Below the pieces are notes generated by a model. The model saw only the letters and a list, made by a program, of their open reading frames with translations. It was not told where the DNA came from and searched no databases. This document shows positions 50,963-64,000 of a stretch of 64,000 nucleotides of DNA, one piece after another. Made by a program: the position numbers and the translations under genes. The stretch comes from Yuukianura sp. NJ FZ-2021 (lineage: Eukaryota). The stretch spans positions 9,610,001 through 9,674,000 of the forward strand of contig CM102289.1 in the NCBI GenBank assembly GCA_046563655.1. Direction: 5' to 3'. Numbering within the stretch: position 1 is the first letter of the stretch; each line of letters opens with the position of its first letter.

Positions 50963-53908
50963 TTACTCAAATGTATCTTCACTGGAGAGTGCTTTGGTTT
51001 CGGTGAGTTCCTTCAATCGCTTCAGAAGCTGCTCAACAGTTCGTTCGCCAAGGACTTTATTATCTCGTGTTCTGATGTTCACTGTTCCAGCTTCCTTTTC
51101 ACGCTCACCCAACACTAAAATTCAAAAAATGAATTCAATAAAACGTGTTTTCAAAATCTCAATTTTCAAATTCAAACTTACCCAGAATAAAATTGAATTG
51201 TGCCAACTGGGCATTCCTGATTTTCTTGTTCAATGTGTCGCCTCCCTCGATGTCTCCTTCTGCTTGGTACCCTTCAGCATACAGCAAATCCTTGATCTTG
51301 TTTGCATATTCATCTACTCCATGATTGACCGGAACGACACAGATTTGTCTCGGAGAGAGCCAGAATGGCCATTTCCCGGCACAAGATTCAGTGAGGATGG
51401 CAATCATGCGCTCAACGGAGCCCAGAATTGCTCGATGAATGATGACTGGACGCTTCTTTTCACCCGAATCAGTAACGAACCCGAGATCAAACCGAATCGG
51501 AAGTTGAAAATCCAGTTGGATAGTGGCGCATTGGTGAGCTCTCTTCAGTGCATCTTTGATGGTGATGTCAATTTTTGGACCGTAGAAGGCACCGTCACCA
51601 GGGTTTTCCTTCCAGGCTTGACCAAAGTTGTTCAAACTGTTGGCCAATTGCTAAGAAAACAAACAAAAATATCAAATTGGAACAAAAATGTCTTACTGCA
51701 AGTTTTTTTAATAATCTAAAAAATGTTGTTACCTTTTCAGCTTCGTTCCACATTTCAATTTCTCCCAAATACTTCTCAGGTCGTGTGGACAGGACAAGGT
51801 CAAAGGTGAATCCAAAGACGCCGTAGACGTGCTTCAGGAAGTCCAGTGCACTGTCAATTTCTTGTCCAATTTGCTCTGGAGTGCAGAAGATGTGGGCATC
51901 GTCTTGCTGGAATCTTCTTACCCGGGTGAGTCCACTCAGAGCTCCGGACAATTCGTTTCGGTGCAAAACCCCAAAATCGGCCATGCGCAAAGGCAGTTCT
52001 CTCCAACTCCTTGGACGATGAGAGAACATGAGACAGTGACCGGGGCAGTTCATCGGCTTCAGAGCAAACTGCTCCTTCTCAATGTCAATGGCAAACATGT
52101 TATCAGCATAATGCTGCCTAAAACGTTCAAAAACCGATTATCAAACATGATTTATTAAATGTTTTGAACGGATGTGACTAATCCTCTGAATTCTCAGAAC
52201 TTACCAGTGCCCAGAAGTTTGCCAAAGTTTGACATTGTAGATATTTGGGCTGATGACTTCGCTAAATCCACGCTTTCTATACTCATCCCGAATGAATGAA
52301 GTGAGTTTGTTGTAGATGTGGGCTCCGTTTGGAAGAAAAAAGCAAGAACCGGGTGACAGTTCATGGAAGAAGAACAGTTCTTGCTCTCGGCCAAGTTTGC
52401 GATGATCTCTCTTAGCTGCTTCTTCCTGCAGTTTTTGCCACTCTTTCAACTGCTTTGGATCCGGAAACGAAATTCCGTAAACACGCTGAAGAGACTCCGC
52501 CTCCGCTTTCCCTTCCCAGTAGCTCGCTGAATTCTAAAAACGTAAGTAAAACGTACACAAATCGCTTAAAATTCTAAAGTAGACAAGTTTTTAGTAAAAA
52601 CGTTCTACTACTTTGTAAAAACGTTTTACCTACCTTTGTCACGGCCATGGCCTTGACCTTCCCGGTATGCCGAATGTGTGGACCACGACACAAGTCTATG
52701 AGTGGCCCACATCGATAGACTGTTGTGGTTGGAGTGTCAACTTTTTCCTTGAGAATCCGCACTTTGAAGGGATTGTAGTTGAACATCTCCAAAAGTTGTT
52801 CCTTTGTCAAATCCAGTCTCTCGAACGGCTGTTTTTCTTTGACAATGTTCTTCACAAGGGTATCCAGAACAGGAAAATCTGAAAGTATGAAATTATAAAA
52901 TTATGGAATTTATGGAAATTATGGGACTTATACCTTGCTTGGACACTTGATCGTTCTCCAGAAACATATCGTAGTAGAATCCATCTTGGATAGGAGGACC
53001 ATAGCATAAACACCCGCCATAAACACGTTCCATGGCTTCGCCCAGAATATGAGCCGACGAATGCCAAAAGACTGCTTGTGCCTCTTCATCGGTGAACTTT
53101 AAAAGTTCAAGGGAGCAGGAAGTCTCAAGTGGGCGCTCCAAGTCCCACAGTTCTCCGTTCACTTTGGAAATGACAGTGGCCTCCGCCAATCCAGAACTGA
53201 AAAACGTACAAAAATGTCAGTAATTGTTATAAGTCAATCGTGCTTAGGAAAGGTTAAGTCCAAGTGCCATGTCTTCTGACTGTGACAATCGTTCTTCTTA
53301 CCTAATTCCATTTGCGATGTCAAACGGAGTTGTGCGCCATGACTGCCCAGCAACTTCCTTCCCATCCGGCAAAGTGATGGTTATAGGTTCAGGGGTTTTG
53401 CTTGCCAGTTCCTGGGCATGCTGAGCCTTGAACTTGTCCCATAACTTCAGACGGTGCTACAAAAAATTTAAAAAAAAAAAGCTTTAAAACGTTTTTCCAT
53501 TGAAATCTAACGTTTTAGATTCTCATAACTCCACTTACTTCAATAAAGCCCGGAAGCGGGTCCATTTCCTTCTTGACATCAGGCATTGTAGTGTTATTTT
53601 TCAAGCGTCGATGACTGCGTTTAGCGAAGAAACTAGGCTGATTACTTTGACTCTCTCTCTCGTCCTGAAACGGAAAAAAAGTAAAAGTATGTCAATGCCA
53701 CCTTACCTTATTGTTAAAATAACTTGTGACGACAGGTTCTTACCGATTGTTGCTGCTGTCCAATGACTTTGTTGACACAAGCTGTAGTTGAATGAAATAG
53801 TTTAGTCCGAACGGCTTGAGTTGTCGTTAAGTATGTGTTGAAGATTGGTTGATGACTAATTGGGAATGTATTGCGTGCTACGAATGATGCAATTCCACTT
53901 AATTTCAT
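50963..53908 (-). CDS. TARS1: Threonine--tRNA ligase (eukaryotic type) with a putative mitochondrial leader exon
   Basis: TGS domain [60 protein letters not shown] and [10 protein letters not shown]. Confidence 0.97.
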
Positions 53909-54293
53909 TTACACCTGTACCGTCGCCACCAACACTGCTGCTGCTGTCAACGTTTCTATCGAATACCGGGAATCTGACAATTGGATTGGACTCAACGAGG
54001 TACTCCGGAAGATGAGTATAACAGATGATCACAAAATGACGAAATCTATACAGAGAATTACCATAAAAAGTTTAATTTTAGGCACAAAGAGGCCGCTTTA
54101 TTTCAGGGTGACACTAATCCTCGGATTTTTCTGATTCCTCTGTCAAGAGGGTGACGAGGAGTTATGTGAGTGTCCTCTAGGCAGACCGCTTGCCGCCAAA
54201 CAGAAAAGTAAAAAGTAAACAAAGTGTCAACAACAAAAGTAAAAGTTGACATTACTGCTGATTGACCTGTGAATTTTTAAAGGTCAAAAGGTC

Positions 54294-54685
54294 ATGGGTC
54301 GTCGCAGCAGCGTACTGCTGAAACCCGGAAAACCAAAGAGAAGGACCCCCGCACTCGGTGCATCGTCAAAATCAAAAGTGGACAAGTTAGCCCAGAAACG
54401 AAAGAAAAACGCATTGAAATTCCACGAAGCCAAAAGATTAGTATTGGTAAGTCGTAAATTGCAACTCGAAATAGTTTTACAACAGTTATTATAGTTACTC
54501 CCTCCACTTTGTCAAGGTTGAACTGTGGAGTTGAGTTGACTAATTAAGTTGGATTTGGATAACAAATATACCAAAAGTATTTTGTGTAGTGATGACGTTG
54601 TTTTTATTTGTAGGGTCCATTGGTCATGCGACTGTTGTTCCGTTCCCAGCAACTTTTACGGGAAATCGAAGCAGCCGAAAACTAA
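54294..54685 (+). CDS. Hypothetical small basic protein (~74 aa, 2 exons)
   Basis: ATG ORF with an in-phase GT-AG intron, Lys/Arg-rich, divergent from ThrRS. No family recognised. Confidence 0.45.
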
Positions 54686-54846
54686 TCAACGTTAAGATGA
54701 GGTCAGAAGGCTAAGATATTCCAGAGTTAATACCGTACGTTATAGTAAGAACTTATACTAATTCTTAAAGTTAATTATAATTATACAAGTTAATTGTTAA
54801 ATTATGATTATTAATCCAGTTGCTATGATTCTAGACAATGACACAC

Positions 54847-57046
<2,200 letters not shown>

Positions 57047-58231
57047 TTTCAGTCTATTTAAAATTTTCGTTTGAAAAAAAAGTTTAGTTTTTAAAAAAGA
57101 GTGCCGTTTTTTTTTTTTACTTGAATGGCGTCCTTTGAAAGAGGAACTTGAAGTGAACGATATCGGGAAATGCAATGTGTATTTATAGCGTTTTGTAAAT
57201 GGAAAAGGCGGTTGCATTGTTTTAAAAATATCAAAGGCTGAGTACCGCAATCGAAATGCATTAGGAACGCTAAAAGGGGAAAATCCAGTTAACTACTAAA
57301 TTAGTATAGTTAGTTATTGAGATTTTTGCAATTAGTAGTGGTACTAATTGCAGAAATTCCCAATTTCCCAATCATTCCACCCGGCTCACATGACGAAAAT
57401 TGAATACTCAAACGTTGTAGTGACGTCGCACATGTCATCTTCAGCTGGTTAACATTGCTTATGGTACTAATGTTTGCTTACGTCTTCCAGCATTCCAGTG
57501 CGAAATGTGGGCAATTTCAAATTGCCATGTTCAAAAGCACCCGCGCTGAGCTTCAAAACAATGGAAGTTTGAATTTTTGAACTTGGAAGGAAAACCGCCA
57601 AAAATATTTAAATTAAATTACTTCATTACTACGTTTTTCACGATTTATTAATGGGCAGTTGATTTTAATTAGGTTGGTTAGCTTAATTAGTTGGCCGTTA
57701 ATTTTTAATTATTACAACATTAACTTTTATACTTCTTTATTGTTCCAAACATTCCTTTAATGTATGCTGATCGCAGACTGTATAAGGTTCCAGGGCGCGG
57801 GGAATTTGAATCAGCTGACTCAGTCAAATCTAGAACACACTGTATTTTTTGTTTTCAAGAACATGTGACATGTCATTTTCAGATTTTCTAGATTTACAGA
57901 TTAGTAATCTGTTAATTAGTTTGTGGATCAATTGGTTCCGGCTGTTTTTGTACTCCTTCTCTTCTAAACCATAAGCAGTAATTAGAATGAATGGAGCTGA
58001 CAAACTATTGTCATTCGGGCCCCTGAATTAGTTCTCGTCATCCATTTCCATGTAATTCGCAAAGTCAGCAATATTTTTCAAATGAAACGTTTTTAGGTAC
58101 ATGAATTAAATTTTACGATGCCAATTATTAATCTTTGTTTTTTAAGGACTGTTGAGAAGCCGAGGGTGACATTGCTCAAACGAAAAGGAAACGTTCTGCA
58201 ACGTATTTTTTAAAACGGAAGCCAAAGGAAC

Positions 58232-59196
58232 ATGGAAGGTTCAGACGACAGTCAACGGAGGACGTTAAGCAAAGACATTGACAATGTTAGCCACGTCACA
58301 CTCCAACGAAGAGAACCCAGAGTCAGCAGAGTGTCCATGACACGAATAGCGTTTAATGTGATACTGTTAGCCATGTTCTTCGAACCCTGTCAATCCTACG
58401 AAGTGGCCAGTGATCCAGGCACATTTGTATCTCCTTCGGTCCGATCTGGACGAGCAGCTCTTGCTAGAGCAGAAGTACCACCGATTGCAACACTTCCGCC
58501 GCCGCCCAGTACATCGTCCACAACGAAGCCTTTACCTTTAGGTAGTAAAATATACCGTGGTACGGCTCTAATATTTCCTCGCGGTACGTACGTCCTCCGT
58601 CCTTACATAAAGTTCACAAATACGCAATTGTCAATTCAACGTACAACAATTTCTATTTCTTCTTCTTCCAAATGTCGAAGTCTTATTTCATAAACCATTC
58701 CTGTCCTGCTTGGAAATTGCCATAACTTTTCATATTTAGTAGTTAGTACATTGATTATCACAATTCAACTTGTCTATTCTGTTTTTAGCGAGCCATCCAC
58801 CCAATCAGGAAGCAGTAATCGAAGTATCGCCAAGCAGTTCAGAAGACAACTCTTCATCTCCGGGCGAAGTCGGTCACGAAGTGACTACCGAAGGCCCGGA
58901 TGGCCATGCCGTTCAACGCACTTTCCTAGTTTTGGCTGGTCTGGGAGTAATCATAATAAGCTATTTAGGCATCAAATTCGCTTGGTAAGTAAACCGAAAT
59001 TAAAATTTTGTGAACTTCCAATTCCAATTCCATTGAATTTTGCAGTATCAAGACCCGCCGAAGAAGAGATGGAGACGAGGAATCCAGATACGGTTTAGTA
59101 GAAACTTCCGAGATGGACTTACTTGACGATGACAATGACGAGGAAGAAGAAGACGACGACACTCTGTTTGACCTTCACTCTCACCGTAGAACATAG
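58232..59196 (+). CDS. FAM174-like single-pass membrane protein
   Basis: S/T/P-rich ectodomain, TM RTFLVLAGLGVIIISYLGI, then a basic patch, RYGLV and an acidic DDDTLFD tail. Confidence 0.7.
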
Positions 59197-59547
59197 CCCA
59201 GACACTGATCACATCAATGACACCGTATTCCTAATGATGAAGTCACATCAGAAGACCAATCAAAGTTTAGTTAAGTGCTTACATAACTTAGAAGTGCTGA
59301 CATATAACACAAGTTGCTTAAACCTGTGATGATTGGACAGGGGATAGAATCAAGCTATTTGACGTGGTCAACCAATTTGACCGATTTTTGTGATAATACT
59401 CTTAGGTCCCGTGCCTTCTTCAGAAATAACTTATTCTTCAATAGATTTTTTGAAAAAGCTTAATTAATTTCACCCAGTCGTAATCGTAAATTAAAATCTA
59501 TCGAGCATTATGGTGCTCTCACAACACCAATCCACTCATCAATATTA

Positions 59548-59660
59548 TTAAAAGTAGTGAAAGCTACTTTATGGTTTGACCTTGTCTGTCCGTCTGTCTG
59601 CCGAGATTATCTCGGAGACTGGTTTATACGAGTTTATTTGTTCTTCGATTTTCCCAAGTG
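59548..59660 (+). mobile_element. Degenerate 5' fragment of a HINE/DINE-like element
   Basis: AAAGTAGTGAAAGCTACTTTATG closely matches AAGTAGCGAAAG...GCTACTTTATG at 3455 and is followed by (GTCY)n. Confidence 0.55.
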
Positions 59661-59707
59661 CGGGGAAGTTTACCAAAATAATCTAAGTTAACTAAAAATG
59701 TTCTAAA

Positions 59708-62700
59708 TTAGTTGATCGTTAGTGATTGAGGTATGCTTCCGCTTGATCGACTAGTAGTTGGTACTGGATCAGCTGTTGGATCCGTTTCCCTAATCCAAGT
59801 AGCAATTTCATCCTGAAACATCCTTTTGAGCAGGATTTCTTTGGTTCTTCTTCTGGAACCGACATAAGTGAGGTAGCCTTTGCTGGCCAAATCTTCTCCA
59901 TAATCTGCCAAGATCTCTGCTTTTTTGATTGTTTGGCCATATCTGGTAGAATAGCAGAAATCAATTTCATCAGCTGATAGAGCAACTTCTCTTCTCAGCA
60001 TCTTCTGTTCCGTTTTCTTGTCCATTTCCCTTTTGTAGCGAATTCGGAACAAGAAAGTGTCGAGGATGAAGGCGATGACGACAGTCAGAAGGCACATTGT
60101 TACCAAGTAGAAAATGATAAAGTAGAGGCGACTAAGGCGCGTTCCGGAAGCTATTCGGTGCCCTTCCATGATAATGTACCAATTGTTCACCACTGTCAAT
60201 TCAAATAATGTCACAAAACTGGAGAAGATGTCCTGAAAAAAAAAGAACAAGAAAATTTTGTGAAATTACAGTCGAACCTCTCCTTGAGTAACATTTAGCT
60301 CCGCCTCCAGGAAAATAATTCGCAAAAATATTTTGGTACCAATCAAGGGTTGTTGATTTTCATTTTTGAGAATTTTTTGCAAATTATGTAAAATTTTGAA
60401 GTTTGAGGCATCTTCTTACCCCGAAGGAATTGAGGTAGTATCTCAATAGCACTTGAGATGAACTTGAATTGGTAGAATTTTTGTAAAAATCTTCAAATAT
60501 TGTTCCTTGGCAACAGTTGATGAGCTGGACTTGACCAAAGATTTCCATTCCAATGATGGCAAAGAAGTAGTAGAGCAGGAGAATGACGACTGCTACAGAC
60601 ACCATGGGCGGAATGAGGATAAACACGGTGCCAAATATGTTGCGATATCTTTTTTTCAGTTTAAACAGTCGCAGTATCCGAAGTGGTCGAACCAACGTCA
60701 GTAGTTTTTCCCAACTACTCAAGAACTGGACCAGTAGAAGACTGAAGAGGAACATTAACGTAGATATGAAATCAAAAGTATTCCAGCCCGAGGAAAAAAA
60801 GTGTTCAGGTCCCCATGTAGCAATTTTAAGAATCACTTCAATGATAAATACTGCAAGAAAGAAAAAAATTGAAAAATTAGATTTTGAATCACAATGTTTC
60901 GAAATTTTGAAATTTCTTACATAAAAGAAATATGTAAGAGTCCCAGTACTGCAGTGAGATTCCACCGTAACAATGAATCAGCGTTGCAACTCCGTTGAGA
61001 ATTATTACAAAATCTGCAAATCAGCAAATAACTTGAAATCTTTACTTGAAATCCAAAATATCGCTCAAAAAATTGTATTTTTTTGAACTTACTAAAAACG
61101 TGGTTAGCATGAGGCAGCTCCAGCAAGTTTTGGAGTTTACGTCCGAAGTCCCGGAAGAAAGTCCAGCCTGGTTTCGGTTTGATATGAGACGGTTTCCAAC
61201 TAAGGTTGAAAACTTCGTAGAACTTGGAGAATTCTTCTCTGGACAACACTCCAGATCCACTCGTATTCAGAGCTCGGAAGCACAGGTAGATATCTCGAAG
61301 TGCTAAAAACACAAAGTGTTACTCTACACACCGAAAGTCAGAAGAATACTAAAGTCACTTACATTTATTTGGATCTATGTATGTCATCGTTCCGTGAAAA
61401 TGTCTGAAAATGATTGCATTTGGATTCCCTTTGGACACGAGGAGGTTGAAAGCATAGTTTGATGCTTTCTGTTTGTGGATGATCAGTTTTCGGAACTTTT
61501 CTTTTTCAAGTGTGGTAAAAGCTTCGTAAACGACTGCAAGTAGCTAAAAAATTGAAATATTTTTAACCGTTTTAACTTAAACTTTTTAACATTTTTAACA
61601 TACAGGAATTTGAGTGTTGACTTACGAGATTCATGAACAAGTAGAGGACCGTGACGAGGTAGATGACGAAGAAGAAGACTGCCCATTTGCTCCTATAGTA
61701 TGCTGGCATCTGAATGTCTGGATAGTTGGCAGTAGTTAACAGCACAAACAAATTCACAAAGGAATCTTCGGCTGTTGAGAAAAACGGATCTCCATGTTCA
61801 CCAAACAGAAAGTTCCCCAGCAACGAGAACATCAGGATAAAAAACAGCAAAAGTATGAGCATGTCAAGTATTGGCGGCATACTTTGCAGTACCTGAAACA
61901 CAAAAGTAAACACTAACCATAAACATAATACAAAAAAGTCACCTAAGGATTGATTTAAGTTAATCGTTAATCGATTGATGATTTAGTTCTTACTTGTCTA
62001 GAAAACCTCCTGACTCCACGCAAGTATCGATTGTCCACCAGAAATATTGGTCGCAGTGCTCTCGTCACGCGAAAGTGGGACTGCTGCCTTACTAGGATTA
62101 AAATTGCTTCGATAAACATGACAAGGAGTGTGATTGCTTTGATTAAGGTCCGTTGATGTCCCAGAGTTGTCCTTAGTCCTAACCATCTCATTTTCAGAAC
62201 CAGTCCAAAAGTGATTATGGTCAATGCTCCGAGTTCCAGCGATGCGTGAATACCAATTGGCACTTCAAAAATGGCTGGTCGCTCAAAGATCGCAAGCGTC
62301 AGCAGTACCATGGAAGCCATCCAGTCCAGAAGATAGAACCATTTGGTATGGGCCAGGATATACGCTGGAAGGCTCTCTCGTCTTCTCGGATGAGTTGAGA
62401 ACATGTCGTTGTTTTCACCTTCTTCCAGATAAATTGCTGCTTCTTGGTAGTTGAAACACCACCTATGACAACATGAATAAAACGTTGTTAAAACGTTAAA
62501 AAGTGAACAAAAGTTTATAGCTTGGACACATTGACAGAACTCTTACGTAGCCCATTGTCCATCGACAACTTGTCGTCCAGCTTGGTAGTAATTTGGATCC
62601 AGAGTCGTGGGTTGGTTGACATCCGTACCGCTGCCACCCATATCCATATCCGGAAGTTCATTGCCTGACATATCCCTGCCATCCAAGGTGGCCATCGTCA

Positions 62701-63174
62701 CGGGAAACGTTTCATCTGGTGGTCCATGTCCAAAACCGAGGAGTTGAGCAAACTTTGACCCCCGTAAGCACTCCATTCTCCTCGTTGATATGGTTTCGGA
62801 CTGTGTCAATGATGCATAAAACACAGAAGTGGATCCACTAACTTCCTCATTCCGATCTGGATTAACTCCTGGGCCCAAATCGTTCTGTTGACGATTGTCG
62901 TCGTTTCCAGTACTCTCTAATGTAGTATTTCCACCTGTCACGGAACAACTGTCTCCACTTGCGTCCTCGTCGTGTTCCGTCCATTCTGAAAAATAAACCA
63001 AATCACTCCTTTAGCATAGATCAAGGCCACTAAAACTATGAATGAGCAATTAAAAAGATTTATGCCAATTAAGTGCACGCGGTAAAAGGAGGACAATAGG
63101 ATTGATTAAAGCTTCCGTGCTAACAGAACAATACCTTCTAGTAACAATTGATGGCGACGTTCAAACAGATCCAT
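59708..63174 (-). CDS. TPCN1: Two-pore channel 1
   Basis: YQEAAI, HFRVTRALRPIF, pore 1 LLTTANYPD and pore 2 LTVVNNW, with two 6-TM repeats and an EF-hand-like linker. Confidence 0.95.
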
Positions 63175-63915
63175 CTTCTAAATTCCACAAATAAACTCAT
63201 ATCTTCTTGACCTAAAATTTATTTAAAGAAACTTGAAACCACTTCTACAAGTGATAATGGTATTTATTATCAGAGAGGGCAAGGATATATACGACGGTGA
63301 GAGTGAAATTGGCAAGAAACGCCTATAACCAAGTCCTATAAGACGTCTATAAGCAGCGCATTAAGAAATATGTAGTACATCTATAAAAATATAGTAATAT
63401 ACTCTATACTAAAAGTGCGTTTGGTGCTCGTAAGAAAGACAGGACGCCTCAATTGCAAAATGGCGGGAGATTGTCAATTTTAAATTTTAGAAAAATAAAT
63501 GAGTCTGACTAACGGTTACTAACAATTCATCCTTTCACCCCCTCATGCAAAGAAATAAAATTATAAAACAGAAGTTATTTAGCTTTAATTAATCAACTAA
63601 ACCTTGAGTAGTTTTAGTTAACTATTAATTTAGTATAAAAGTGATTATTTAATTATTAATTATTTGATGCTGATTGAATTATGTTGTTGTTGGTACTAAT
63701 CTAGTTTATCACAAAATTGAGTACGCCCGGCTCTAACGTATTGGGTAAACAAGAGTTGTGTGTAATCTTTATAATTACCCATTCCCAAAATTCTTAACAA
63801 AATTATGTTAAGCTAGCAAAGCATTTACGCGGCAAACGGAGTTAATTCAGTATCGATTAATCGATTAATTAATTCATAATTTAACAACTTGTTAATGTTA
63901 GTTACAAGGTCAACT

Positions 63916-63973
63916 ATGGCGGCAGCGACAACCGATGAACACGAGAGCCGTGGAACGCATATGGGATTTACAG
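63916..63973 (+). CDS. Probable first coding exon of a gene that runs off the window
   Basis: ATG GCG GCA... followed by a CAG|GTATTT donor. Divergent from TPC1. Confidence 0.35.
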
Positions 63974-64000
63974 GTATTTGTTCTCTCTGTGACTACCAAT

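Noticed and set aside
50994..51719. 241-aa + strand ORF
   Set aside because: Antisense to conserved ThrRS exons, with no recognisable protein features.
53665..53706. Second GTAAG donor after an in-frame stop in the ThrRS leader (possible isoform switch)
   Set aside because: It would give a 42-nt intron, shorter than the other introns I measured here. Not supportable without transcripts.
9946..53908. Two aminoacyl-tRNA synthetase genes in one window as a functional cluster
   Set aside because: They are ~37 kb apart with many unrelated genes between them, which is consistent with chance in a gene-dense genome.

Overview
AT-rich, gene-dense eukaryotic (invertebrate animal) genomic DNA with short GT-AG introns. 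A compact arthropod genome such as a springtail is my inference and is not provable from the sequence. I built about 28 gene models by manual splicing. Conserved genes: DCAF17-like, C18orf32/UPF0729, CYP2-clan P450, taxilin, mitochondrial ValRS, GPAA1, nucleoside hydrolase, XK-related protein, NIPA Mg transporter, Cys-loop channel, COX6A, DDA1, ThrRS, CBS, FAM174-like and two-pore channel TPC1. A central accessory block (~18-43 kb) holds lineage-specific duplicated genes, and from ~26 kb onward most have signal peptides: a novel Cys-rich tandem pair, VMO1, two CRAL-TRIO copies (one frameshifted), a double-domain defensin-like peptide, small Cys-rich secreted proteins, a CBM52/galaxin-like repeat protein and three signal-peptide-bearing tandem-C2 proteins. 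Non-autonomous DNA transposons are also present: a Helentron/DINE-like element with 300-bp core repeats, a hAT MITE with an 8-bp TSD and a nested foldback element. No rRNA, tRNA or CRISPR was seen. All family calls are from remembered motifs, not database searches.
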